A DNA stretch of 64,000 nucleotides from assembly GCA_017399145.1 (NCBI GenBank), contig JAFQEG010000003.1:50553-114552 (forward strand), given 5' to 3'. This DNA comes from Clostridia bacterium. GTDB lineage: Bacteria; Bacillota; Clostridia; Oscillospirales; CAG-272. The notes beneath the pieces were generated by a model that was not told where the DNA came from, did not search any database, and saw only the letters and a program-made list of their open reading frames with translations. The translations under genes were made by a program, and so were the position numbers. Positions 45,869-55,029 of this stretch are shown in pieces. Every line of letters begins with the position of its first letter. The first letter of the stretch is position 1.

Positions 45869-48247
45869 TTAGTCTTTCTTTTTCTTCTCTGCCTTAACGG
45901 CTGCAATCATCACAGTTTCGGACATGGAATCATCCTTTTCCTCTGCCTTTTCCTGTGGTGCACTTGGTGAGTTATTCCAATATAGCTTTCTACGCTTTTT
46001 AGTGATTACTATGTAGTAAACTGCAAAGCCTATGATACCTACTAGAATAATTCCACAGATTATATAGATTGTACCATCAAAGGAGCCAGAATCAACCTTT
46101 AGTCCTTCCCAATAGCCGTTTAGGTCTTGGGTTGTAATGCTTGCACCTACGGTTGTATCAAGGTCCTTAAAGGCATAGGAATTAAACATACTACCTAGTG
46201 AATTTTCAAATTCCTCATAGTAAATAACGGAATAGTCGCCGTCCTCAAAGTATTCGATTATTGGGTTGCCATTTTCGTCAAGCTCTATAATTGGATCGCC
46301 GTTTTCGTCAAGGACATACTCATCATTTTCGTCAAGCACGTATACGTAATCGCAATAACCCATATAGATTTGATAATCAAGGTTATCCTTTACGTGAGTG
46401 TATGGTGAGGAATAATAAATATATTCTGCGTTTGCAACGGCAGCCTCCTCACTTAGCATAAAGTTGATGTATGCAAGGGCAAGCTCCTTATTTTGAGAGC
46501 TTGTAGGAATACACATTGCATCTGCAAATATGTTAGTTTCAAACACTCCCTGACTATTTTTAGGATAGAAGAAGCCTAAATTCTCGTTATTCTCTGCCAT
46601 AGCAAGACAGTCGCCTGCATAGTAGGCTGCAAGGGCTGCCTCTCCACTTTCCATCTTGTTATAGATTTCGTCCATAACGTAGCTTTGTACATATGGCTTT
46701 TGCTTTTGTAAAAGCTCGTATGCCCTTTGCCATTGGTCGGTGCTTGCCGTGTTCACGTTAAAGCCTAGGTGATACATTGCTGTACCGAAGGCATCTCTTG
46801 GATTATTGAATTGAAGAATTTGGCCCTTGTATCTTTCCATATACTCTTGGTCGTATAGGATTTCCCAGCCCATTTCTCCATTTTCAATTTTTTCAAGATC
46901 CTCTGGGGATATTTTTTCTGTGTTATAAACAATTCCTACTACACCATAGGTGTACATAGCACCATACAATTCAAGCTCGCCATTTTCGTTTGGATACACA
47001 AACATATCCTTAAATTGTGAGTTGAGATATTGTAGGTTTGGAATTGCCTCGGTTATAGTATCAACCTTACCCAGCGACTGAATCAAGCCCTCTTTATGCA
47101 GTTTTTCTAGCATATAGTCAGATGGAACGATTATATCGTATCCACCTGCGCCACTCTTTAGCTTTGCATAGAGGTCCTCGTTACTAGCAAAGGTCGTATA
47201 GTTTACCTGCACGTCGATTTTTTCGCCTGTTTTTTCATAATGCAGGTTTTCGTAATACAGCTCAAATTCCTTATTGGTGTTATAGCTACCTTGTCCACCA
47301 TCGGAGATATACTCTCCCCAGTTATAAACGTTTAGCTTTACTGTTTTTGTGCCTGCTGACATTGCAAGTACAATTATTGTTACGATACCAATAATTCCAA
47401 AAACTGAACCGATAGATACCTTAGCGATTGTTTTTGCTTTCTTTGACATTTCCTTTCTATTTTTGTCTGACATAAGATTGGAAATGAGTAGCAATACAAG
47501 AATTGAAACAAATATCAAGGTTGAAAGCGCATACATATCTGGAGTTACACGCTTCTTTGTCATTGAGTAAATTCTTATAGGCAAGGTTTCAAAGCCACTT
47601 CCTGTGGTGAAATAGCTTATTACGAAGTCATCAAGGGACAATGTAAATGCCATAATGAAGCCTGCAATTATACCTGGCATAATAGCTGGCAATTCAACCT
47701 TAAAGAAGGATTGAAGTGGTGTACAGCCTAGGTCCTGTGCTGCCTTAGGTAAATTCCTATCCATTTCCTTGAATTTAGGTAATACAAGAAGAATAACATA
47801 AGGCAAATTGAAGGTAATGTGTGCGATTAACACTGTGCCGAAGCCGAGGCTTGAGCTTGTCCCTACGATTGTGCCCACGAAAACAAACAAAAGCATCATT
47901 GAAATACCTGTTACGATTTCAGGGTTAATCATTGGGATTTGTGTTACTGACATTGTGGCATTTTTGATATACTTGTTTTGCATTTTTGATATACCATATG
48001 CAGCAGCTGTACCAACTAGGGTGGCTATTACTGATGATAAAATTGCTAAAACAAGTGTGTTTTTAAGTGCGTTTAGAGTTGCACTGTCTGTAAATAGCTC
48101 CTTGTACCATTGAAATGAAAAGCCCTTTAATACGCTTGTACTATCCGTTGAGTTGAAGGAGTACATAATGAGGACAAGTATTGGTAGGTACAAAAAGATA
48201 AATACCAAAACGGTGTAGATATTACATGCAATATTCTTTTTGTTCAT
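45869..48247 (-). CDS. Fused spermidine/putrescine ABC permease (PotC-like) and periplasmic-type binding protein (PotD-like) with extra C-terminal TM anchor
   Basis: N-terminal 6-TM permease with an EAA loop (KAAQDLGCTPLQSFFKVELP). After a TM linker comes a PotD-like domain (LNVYNWGEYISDG...YDIIVPSDYM). The C-terminus carries the hydrophobic helix IYIICGIILVGIIGFAVYYIV and a charged tail. Confidence 0.8.
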   Translation of the reverse strand: MNKKNIACNIYTVLVFIFLYLPILVLIMYSFNSTDSTSVLKGFSFQWYKELFTDSATLNALKNTLVLAILSSVIATLVGTAAAYGISKMQNKYIKNATMSVTQIPMINPEIVTGISMMLLFVFVGTIVGTSSSLGFGTVLIAHITFNLPYVILLVLPKFKEMDRNLPKAAQDLGCTPLQSFFKVELPAIMPGIIAGFIMAFTLSLDDFVISYFTTGSGFETLPIRIYSMTKKRVTPDMYALSTLIFVSILVLLLISNLMSDKNRKEMSKKAKTIAKVSIGSVFGIIGIVTIIVLAMSAGTKTVKLNVYNWGEYISDGGQGSYNTNKEFELYYENLHYEKTGEKIDVQVNYTTFASNEDLYAKLKSGAGGYDIIVPSDYMLEKLHKEGLIQSLGKVDTITEAIPNLQYLNSQFKDMFVYPNENGELELYGAMYTYGVVGIVYNTEKISPEDLEKIENGEMGWEILYDQEYMERYKGQILQFNNPRDAFGTAMYHLGFNVNTASTDQWQRAYELLQKQKPYVQSYVMDEIYNKMESGEAALAAYYAGDCLAMAENNENLGFFYPKNSQGVFETNIFADAMCIPTSSQNKELALAYINFMLSEEAAVANAEYIYYSSPYTHVKDNLDYQIYMGYCDYVYVLDENDEYVLDENGDPIIELDENGNPIIEYFEDGDYSVIYYEEFENSLGSMFNSYAFKDLDTTVGASITTQDLNGYWEGLKVDSGSFDGTIYIICGIILVGIIGFAVYYIVITKKRRKLYWNNSPSAPQEKAEEKDDSMSETVMIAAVKAEKKKKD

Positions 48248-49074
48248 ACTATTACTCCTCCGTCTTCGTCAGAGTATTTATTCATTATCGCCATGCTGAT
48301 GACAATAAGAATCATAAGTACAAAGGACATTGCTGCACCTAAGTTATAATTATAGGCAGTTTGGAATTGTCTTTCAATGGTGTCACCTATTAGGTCAAAG
48401 TTACCTCCACCTAGCTTTTGTGAAATGTAGAAGGTACTGATTGATGGCACGAATACCATTGTAATTCCTGAGATAATTCCTGACTTGCTAAGTGGCAAAA
48501 CTATTCTTGTCATAACCTGAAATTGGTTACAGCCAAGGTCAGATGCAGCTACAAGTAGTCTGTTGTCAAGCTTTGACATTACAGAGTGCAAGGGAATTAT
48601 CATATATGGTAAAAAGTTATACACCATACCCAAAATTACGGCAAACGGAGTGTTTATCATATGGATTGGTTGCATATTTAGGGATTCTAGAATGGTGTTT
48701 ATTATGCCTGTATCCTCAAGAAGTGCCATCCACGAATAGGTTCTTATAAGGAAGTTTAGCCATTGTGGAAGGGTAACAAGCATAATGAGAATTTTCTGTG
48801 CTTTAGGGCTTGTTTTTGATATAAAATAAGCCACAGGGTACGCAATTATCAAGCAAATTACTGTTGCTAGGAAGGCAAAGCATAGTGACCTTAAAAACAC
48901 CTCAAGATAGCTTGGTTGAGCAAGCGATGTGATGTTTTCAAGGGTGAACCTTCCTTCCTTGTCGGTAAAAGCGTAATACATTACAAAAATCAAGGGGGCA
49001 ATTATGAATAGCACAGACCACACAATGTGTGGGTACGCCGCCGCTTGCTTTAAGATATTACTCTTCTTATTCAT
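48244..49074 (-). CDS. potB: Spermidine/putrescine ABC transporter permease (PotB-like)
   Basis: 6-TM permease with an EAA loop ([20 protein letters not shown]). 4-nt overlap with the downstream gene. Confidence 0.85.
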   Translation of the reverse strand: MNKKSNILKQAAAYPHIVWSVLFIIAPLIFVMYYAFTDKEGRFTLENITSLAQPSYLEVFLRSLCFAFLATVICLIIAYPVAYFISKTSPKAQKILIMLVTLPQWLNFLIRTYSWMALLEDTGIINTILESLNMQPIHMINTPFAVILGMVYNFLPYMIIPLHSVMSKLDNRLLVAASDLGCNQFQVMTRIVLPLSKSGIISGITMVFVPSISTFYISQKLGGGNFDLIGDTIERQFQTAYNYNLGAAMSFVLMILIVISMAIMNKYSDEDGGVIV

Positions 49075-50251
49075 CTTCCTCGTTTTCCTCCTCGTTGGTG
49101 TCGGAAAGACGCTCTAGCTCGTCACTAAAGGAAGAATAGTCTCCAAACATATTGGAGAACTCAGATTTTTTCATAATGTGTATTGCATCTGGCTCTATGT
49201 AAATGCCTATTTTTTCGTTGGGAGCAACGTAGTCGGTGGATTGAATCATCCACTTAAAGTTGTCGATATCAACGATAATTTCATAGTGAACGCCCTTGAA
49301 GGTAACGGATGTAACCATACCAACAAGCATACCCTTTTCAACGGGCACTACATCCACGTCCTCAGGTCTAATTACAACGTCAACAGGCTCGTTTTTGTTA
49401 AAGCCCTTATCAAGACATTCAAATTCGTGACCTGAAAATTTAGCTTTATAATCATCAAGCATAACACCGTCAATAATGTTACTTTCGCCGATAAAGTCTG
49501 CAACAAACGCGTTTTCAGGCTCATTATAGATATCGGTTGGGGTGCCTATTTGCTGAATTTTTCCGTTTGCCATAACGACAACGGTATCAGACATAGAAAG
49601 GGCTTCCTCTTGGTCGTGAGTAACGTAAATGAAGGTAATGCCTGTTTTTCTCTGCATATTTTTAAGCTCATTCTGCATATCCTTGCGAAGCTTTAGGTCT
49701 AGGGCTGCAAGGGGCTCGTCGAGCAAAAGCACCTTTGGCTTATTTATCAAGGCTCTTGCAATAGCAACACGCTGTTGTTGACCACCTGACAAGAGGTTAA
49801 CGTCTCTCTTTTCAAAGCCTCTTAGGTTTACCATAGCGAGCATTTCCTCTACTCGCTCATAAATTTCTTCTTCAGATAATTTTTTCAATCGAAGAGCGAA
49901 AGCAATGTTTTCATAAACATTGAGATGCGGAAATAACGCATACTTTTGGAATACAGTATTAACGTGGCGCTTGTTTGCTGGTACGTCATTGATTTTGACG
50001 TTTTCAAAAAGCACGTCACCTGTATCCGGTGTAACGAAGCCTGCAATTATATTAAGGGTGGTAGATTTACCACAGCCTGATGGTCCAAGTAGAGTCATAA
50101 ACTCCTTTTCCTTAACGACAAGATTGATATGGTCCAAAACCACTTCACCATCGAAGGATTTTGCAACATCAATTAATTCTACGATTTTCTTGTGTTCATT
50201 TTGCAAACCGTTTGTTACGCCCTTTGGCTCAAGGATCTTTTCTTCGTTCAT
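49067..50251 (-). CDS. potA: Spermidine/putrescine ABC transporter ATP-binding protein (PotA-like)
   Basis: GPSGCGKST Walker [16 protein letters not shown] signature, LLLDEP Walker B, TOBE-like C-terminus and an acidic tail. Confidence 0.9.
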   Translation of the reverse strand: MNEEKILEPKGVTNGLQNEHKKIVELIDVAKSFDGEVVLDHINLVVKEKEFMTLLGPSGCGKSTTLNIIAGFVTPDTGDVLFENVKINDVPANKRHVNTVFQKYALFPHLNVYENIAFALRLKKLSEEEIYERVEEMLAMVNLRGFEKRDVNLLSGGQQQRVAIARALINKPKVLLLDEPLAALDLKLRKDMQNELKNMQRKTGITFIYVTHDQEEALSMSDTVVVMANGKIQQIGTPTDIYNEPENAFVADFIGESNIIDGVMLDDYKAKFSGHEFECLDKGFNKNEPVDVVIRPEDVDVVPVEKGMLVGMVTSVTFKGVHYEIIVDIDNFKWMIQSTDYVAPNEKIGIYIEPDAIHIMKKSEFSNMFGDYSSFSDELERLSDTNEEENEEDE

Positions 50252-50389
50252 TTTTCTCCCCGTTCTTTCACAGATTCGATCTACCTTGACAAAAATCTTC
50301 TTTAATCATCAAAAATAGTAAATCAATTGAATTATAACAGATTATATTAAAATGTGCAATAGTTACGGGGAATATTTTTTTAACATTTT

Positions 50390-50953
50390 TTATAATGTGA
50401 GGCAGAGCTCAACTAATAGAAGTATGGAAATAAACAAAAGTGAAACGTTGCTTGAGAAAACTAGTTGAAGATAAATTGACACAAGCCACATTAAAAATAT
50501 GGCAAAAACAGACACTCCTCGGCTTATTTTCTCTGCTTTATCCTCGCTAACAATTAACATAAGTAGGCTTTTTAGTGCTCCACCGCCATCTAGTATTGAC
50601 ACGGGATATAAATTCATTAGTGCTAATGATAAATTGCAGGTTATGAAGAAATCCACGTTTGGTATAATGTTAATGAATGGCAAGACGATAATTGTTGCAA
50701 GAGCATTAAAGATTATACCCCCTAGACAGATTAAAAGCTCTCTTCCGTAGCCTATTTGTGAGCAATCATAGCTAAGGCTTAAATGGAAGGCTCCCACCCT
50801 GAATTTTCTCATTTTTGCCCCAAGGAGTGTCGCAAATAGTAGGTGTCCTAGCTCGTGTATTCCATAGCAAAGTATTAAAACAAATGGATGTGGAGAGGTT
50901 GATAAGCTAAGCATTGTGATAACAAGGGCAAGAGTGCCCATTTTTTCACTCAT
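50390..50953 (-). CDS. Site-2 protease family (M50) membrane metalloprotease, short form
   Basis: HELGH zinc motif and NLYPVSILDGG (NxxPxxxLDG) in hydrophobic context. ATG 50951-50953 overlaps the upstream stop (ATGAGTGA). Confidence 0.7.
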   Translation of the reverse strand: MSEKMGTLALVITMLSLSTSPHPFVLILCYGIHELGHLLFATLLGAKMRKFRVGAFHLSLSYDCSQIGYGRELLICLGGIIFNALATIIVLPFINIIPNVDFFITCNLSLALMNLYPVSILDGGGALKSLLMLIVSEDKAEKISRGVSVFAIFLMWLVSIYLQLVFSSNVSLLFISILLLVELCLTL

Positions 50954-51188
50954 TTGTATACTTGTCCTCATTTTCTATTTGGTCAAAGTCTAGTATATCA
51001 TAAAAGGGTGTCTCTTCAAAAACATAGACTAGGTCCTCTGTATTCTCTTTTGGTGCTTGGTCTGGTTGTCTTGACACATACATAACTAAAAATATGCCAC
51101 ATAAAGCTCCTATAAGTGTAATTAAGCTTATGGTCCTTTCTATTCTCTTCGATATACTTGATTTTTCTTTTTTAATTTCGATTTTCAT
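50946..51188 (-). CDS. Small single-pass membrane protein, unknown function
   Basis: GGAAGGTG RBS 6 nt before ATG 51186-51188. One TM helix (ISLITLIGALCGIFLVMYV). Translationally coupled to the M50 gene. Confidence 0.5.
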   Translation of the reverse strand: MKIEIKKEKSSISKRIERTISLITLIGALCGIFLVMYVSRQPDQAPKENTEDLVYVFEETPFYDILDFDQIENEDKYTNE

Positions 51189-51287
51189 ATTTGTCACCTT
51201 CCAATTAGTTCTCTTTTTATTTATATTGATTTTTGGAATTTTCTATGATAAAATAACTAGTGGATTATTTTATTAGAGAGGTTTTAT

Positions 51288-52523
51288 ATGACAAACAAGC
51301 CCTTAGCTGACCTTCTTCGTCCCACCAGCTTTGATGAGATTGCAGGACAAGAGCACCTTATTTCCGAAAAGGGTGTTATTAGAAGGCTTATAAATGGTGG
51401 TAGAATTTCGAATATGATTTTCTTTGGTCCTCCCGGAACCGGAAAAACCACTATTGCAAACATTATTGCACAAAGCTCGGGTATGGAGCTTTATAAATTG
51501 AATGCAACTACTGCTTCCTTGTCTGACGTAAAGGCGGTCATTGGCGAGTCCTCCTCCGTCTTTTCTACAAAGGGTATTCTTTTGTATCTTGACGAGATTC
51601 AGTATTTTAATAAAAAGCAACAGCAATCATTACTTGAATATATTGAGGATGGTCGTGTTACTCTTATTGCATCTACTACTGAAAATCCTTATTTTTACAT
51701 TTATGATGCTTTGATTTCACGTTGCTCCGTCTTTGAATTCAAGCCTGTTAGTGCTAAGGCAATTGTGCCTGTTTTGCGCCGTTGCATAAAAAAATTAAAC
51801 GAGCAAACAAATTCTACTAAGAGTGCAAGTGATGATGCCCTTGAGTTTTTGGCATCCTGTGCCCATGGCGACGTAAGACACGCAATGACTCTTTTTGAGG
51901 GCGCTTACTATGCTTGTGACGATGAAATTACAATTGATATTGCAAAGGAATTTATTCCTTCTGTTTCTTGCGGAATGTTTGACAAGGATAGCGACGTACA
52001 TTACAATCTATTGTCTGCACTTCAAAAATCCATAAGAGGGTCTGACCCTGATGCTGCAGTTTTTTATCTTGCTAAGCTACTTGAGGGTGGCGATATAATT
52101 TCACCTATTAGAAGGCTTCAGGTTATTGCAAGTGAGGATATCGGTCTTGCTTATCCTCAGGCGGCACAGATTACTTATGCACTTTGCGAGAGTGCAAAGG
52201 CGTTAGGATTGCCTGAGGCTCGCATCCCTTTGGCTAATTGCGCTATTATGCTTGCAACTGCACCTAAGTCAAATTCAGCCTATGAGGCAATTGCTAAGGC
52301 GAGTCAAGATATTAAGATGGGTAAGGGTGACGTTGTGCCTAAGCATCTTGTAGCACCACTCTTCAAGGGTTATCTTTATCCCCATTCATATCCAAATCAT
52401 TATGTTGAACAGCAATACCTACCTGATGATTTGAAAAATGCAAAATACTATGAGTTTGGCAACAATAAGACCGAGCAAGCTGCAAAAGCATATTGGGACA
52501 CAATTAAGGGAAAGAAAAAATAA
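51288..52523 (+). CDS. rarA: Replication-associated recombination protein A (AAA+ ATPase RarA/MgsA)
   Basis: LADLLRPTSFDEIAGQEHL, GPPGTGKTT and LYLDEIQYFNK, plus a MgsA C-terminal domain (LSALQKSIRGSDPDAA..YLAKLLEGGD). Confidence 0.9.
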   Translation: MTNKPLADLLRPTSFDEIAGQEHLISEKGVIRRLINGGRISNMIFFGPPGTGKTTIANIIAQSSGMELYKLNATTASLSDVKAVIGESSSVFSTKGILLYLDEIQYFNKKQQQSLLEYIEDGRVTLIASTTENPYFYIYDALISRCSVFEFKPVSAKAIVPVLRRCIKKLNEQTNSTKSASDDALEFLASCAHGDVRHAMTLFEGAYYACDDEITIDIAKEFIPSVSCGMFDKDSDVHYNLLSALQKSIRGSDPDAAVFYLAKLLEGGDIISPIRRLQVIASEDIGLAYPQAAQITYALCESAKALGLPEARIPLANCAIMLATAPKSNSAYEAIAKASQDIKMGKGDVVPKHLVAPLFKGYLYPHSYPNHYVEQQYLPDDLKNAKYYEFGNNKTEQAAKAYWDTIKGKKK

Positions 52524-52525
52524 TT

Positions 52526-52561
52526 AAAAAGTGCGTGAGAGTTAAATTTCACGCATTTTTA
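52526..52561 (+). terminator. Intrinsic terminator after rarA
   Basis: TGCGTGA-(10 nt)-TCACGCA followed by TTTTT. Confidence 0.65.
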
Positions 52562-52682
52562 GTTGGTTTTATATACTATATATGTTCAATTGTTCATTTG
52601 ATTATTTTTGCATATTAAGTAAAAGGTATGATTTTTCAGGGGTATTGTGCCGATTTTGGCGCTTTGGAACTGGTTTTGCCGG

Positions 52683-52711
52683 TTGACTTTGTAATTATTT
52701 AATGATAAAAT
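52683..52711 (+). promoter_or_regulatory. Promoter of the 107-aa ORF
   Basis: TTGACT (52683-52688), 17 nt, TAAAAT (52706-52711). Confidence 0.5.
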
Positions 52712-52739
52712 AAAGTTAGTTTAAAAAAGGAGCTTTTTT

Positions 52740-53063
52740 ATGATTGGAAAAACAGTTAAGGTTATAATCGACAGACCTCTTGGGACTTATCATCCCAACC
52801 ATAAAAATATTTTTTACGAGGTTAATTACGGATATATCGAGGGTATAATCGCACCTGACGGTGAGGGTCAGGATTGCTACGTTTTAGGAGTTGACGTTCC
52901 GATTGAAGAGTTTGAAGGACAGGTAATTGCAATTATTCATCGCATTGATGACATTGAGGACAAATGGGTTGTTGCCCCTTTGGGTGTTACCTTTACAAAA
53001 GAAGAAATTTTAGAAAAGGTTAATTTCCAAGAGAAATTTTTTAAAACAGAGATAGAAATGTGA
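52740..53063 (+). CDS. Small inorganic-pyrophosphatase-like protein (truncated family I fold)
   Basis: YEVNYGYIEGIIAPDGEGQDCYVLG parallels the PPase block Y-P-x-NYG-x-IP-x-T...DGDP-x-D-x-L-V, but the protein is only 107 aa and the acidic motif is degenerate. Confidence 0.5.
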   Translation: MIGKTVKVIIDRPLGTYHPNHKNIFYEVNYGYIEGIIAPDGEGQDCYVLGVDVPIEEFEGQVIAIIHRIDDIEDKWVVAPLGVTFTKEEILEKVNFQEKFFKTEIEM

Positions 53064-53094
53064 AAAAGATGCGTAGATTTTTCTACGCATCTTT

Positions 53095-54057
53095 TTATGC
53101 AGTTATAAGTCTTATAAAATCGTCGTTTAACATATTTTCAAGAGATTCATTATTGTATGGGATTAATTCTGTTATCTGTTCCCAGTGTGAAGAATTAGGT
53201 TGAGAAGCATTAAAGCAAAATACATCAAAATATAAATAGCTTTCGTCTTGAGCCTTGATTACTACTAACCGTTTTGAATAATCAACAAAATACTTTACCT
53301 CAACAACCTCTTCAATATTTTCAATGCCCTTGTCCTTTAATTTAATTGCAGTGCAGTAACACTGTATACGCATAAAATGAATTGACTTTCTATAAAATAT
53401 ATTAGAGAGAAAAACAAAGAAAAGCATTGCAATAAACAAAAGAATTTCTATTATAGAAAATATTACAAAAATCTTTGTATCTCTTTCAGTAAAATCTACA
53501 ATATCTCTTTCTCCTGTTAAAACGACACAAACGATTATATTTACAAACATCAAAACAATTAAGGATACAACACAAATAATTGCATTTTTTCGTCTTTTAT
53601 TATTCGAGTTGACTTTTTTCATTAGGTTACCACATTCCTTTTGTGGTTTGATTCTAGAAAAAATGTAAACATAGATCTTATAGGAGTTTTCTAGTGCCGA
53701 TATATCTATTGTTTTTCCATTATTCAAATGCAATCGAATCAAATAATTATCACGTGTCACGAAGTTAATCTCGGAATACTCAATGCTTAAACGACCGTAA
53801 AATGCAATATAGCCTGTTATTTTTGTATCATCAAGCTCTAGCTTTGAAAACATTGTTAAGCAGATCAATACAGCAAAGCTACCTACAAACAAAAAGAAAA
53901 GAATTGCCATTATTGAAAACATACCACTTGCTATATTATTAGAAGAAAAAGCACCATTACACCAAAAGCAACTGCCAATACCAAGTCCAACACAAGCCAA
54001 AAGTAAAGCTATACCAAATATAATATGTACAGGCGATTTTATGAATTTCCCTTTCAT
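53095..54057 (-). CDS. Hypothetical membrane protein (320 aa, about 4 TM with soluble inserts)
   Basis: Strong AGGAGG RBS 7 nt before ATG 54055-54057. Two pairs of hydrophobic helices are separated by a soluble segment. AT-rich; no family recognised. Confidence 0.65.
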   Translation of the reverse strand: MKGKFIKSPVHIIFGIALLLACVGLGIGSCFWCNGAFSSNNIASGMFSIMAILFFLFVGSFAVLICLTMFSKLELDDTKITGYIAFYGRLSIEYSEINFVTRDNYLIRLHLNNGKTIDISALENSYKIYVYIFSRIKPQKECGNLMKKVNSNNKRRKNAIICVVSLIVLMFVNIIVCVVLTGERDIVDFTERDTKIFVIFSIIEILLFIAMLFFVFLSNIFYRKSIHFMRIQCYCTAIKLKDKGIENIEEVVEVKYFVDYSKRLVVIKAQDESYLYFDVFCFNASQPNSSHWEQITELIPYNNESLENMLNDDFIRLITA

Positions 54058-54166
54058 ACATATCCCTCCTTTTTTAATATTTTAACACACAAACAAGCTT
54101 AAATCAACACACGGTAATATTTTAGTCTAGAAAAACAGCCTCAGCAAAATGCTGAGGTTCCTTTAA

Positions 54167-54628
54167 TTATATAATTCCTTCGTTCTCTTTTCGCAATTGC
54201 TTTTGAAGAGCTATTTTTTCGTTATTAATTCTGCTTTTAACGTTTTTTCCGTATTTAAGTTTAAATGCAATTATACCGATAATGTAGGTCGCAAATGTAA
54301 CAGATAGAGAAACGGCGATTTTTATCCAAATATTGAAAAATATTAGCATTGGAAACAACACGGGAATCGACCACTGAGTAGCTATGCCAATACAATTAAA
54401 GAGTTGCTTTGTTTCCATTTTGTTTAGCGTACCGTTATTAAAGTTGGTTGATTCAACAGAATCATTTGAACACATCATCCCTACCTGAACAAAAAGCACG
54501 GCAATAACAACTAAAACCTCTATCATTTCAGTGCCAAGCACAATGTACTCCGGAAATATAAATCCAAAAATGATTGTAGAAATAATGCTTATAGCATAAA
54601 GCATACATATCAAATAACGCCTTTTCAT
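54167..54628 (-). CDS. Hypothetical membrane protein (153 aa, about 4 TM)
   Basis: AGAGGTG RBS and its own consensus promoter; hydrophobic helices throughout; no family recognised. Confidence 0.65.
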   Translation of the reverse strand: MKRRYLICMLYAISIISTIIFGFIFPEYIVLGTEMIEVLVVIAVLFVQVGMMCSNDSVESTNFNNGTLNKMETKQLFNCIGIATQWSIPVLFPMLIFFNIWIKIAVSLSVTFATYIIGIIAFKLKYGKNVKSRINNEKIALQKQLRKENEGII

Positions 54629-54648
54629 AAAATCACCTCTTTAATTAT

Positions 54649-54677
54649 ATTTTATCATATAGGTATTCTAGTGTCAA
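54649..54677 (-). promoter_or_regulatory. Promoter of the 153-aa membrane protein gene
   Basis: Minus strand reads TTGACA (54672-54677), 17 nt, TAAAAT (54649-54654). Confidence 0.6.
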
Positions 54678-54708
54678 CAAAAAAAGGCTCCTCAGAGCCT
54701 TTTTTTTA
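54678..54708. terminator. Bidirectional intrinsic terminator; probable end of the arg operon transcript
   Basis: AAAAAAAGGCTC-ctca-GAGCCTTTTTTTT. It is the first terminator found downstream of argF on the minus strand. Confidence 0.75.
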
Positions 54709-54760
54709 TTTTGTTATAATATTGCTAATATTATCGAAATATGTCGAGAATTCGTCTATA

Positions 54761-54786
54761 AGGAACAACGACGGATTATGACGACT
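54761..54786. repeat. Copy 1 of a perfect 26-bp direct repeat
   Basis: AGGAACAACGACGGATTATGACGACT, identical to 55004-55029. Confidence 0.9.
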
Positions 54787-55003
54787 TTTTCGGCTTTAGA
54801 GGCTATGAATTTCAAGGCGCACCGCAGATTTAGGGCAAAGACGTACCTTTGTACTTCGAGGTCTAAATCGAGGAGCAACACAGAATTTTGACGCTTACAG
54901 ACTGCCATTTGTTGAGCACTTTCGGCTTTAGAGTCTAAATAAAGCCTAGGCGTACCACAGTAGACAGACAAAGGCAATCTTGCGATTGTCGAGGTTGGCT
55001 ACG

Positions 55004-55029
55004 AGGAACAACGACGGATTATGACGACT
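55004..55029. repeat. Copy 2 of a perfect 26-bp direct repeat (overlaps the argF stop codon)
   Basis: AGGAACAACGACGGATTATGACGACT. The last 2 nt belong to the argF stop-codon complement (55028-55030). Confidence 0.9.

Noticed and set aside
54756-54977. 73-aa minus-strand ORF across the repeat unit.
   Set aside because: It has a TTG start with no SD and ends inside repeat copy 1. It is most simply a chance frame in noncoding DNA.
54761-55029. Possible minimal CRISPR array (two identical 26-bp repeats).
   Set aside because: There are only two copies, the spacer would be 217 bp (far outside the 25-50 bp range), the repeat is not palindromic, and no cas genes or leader are present.
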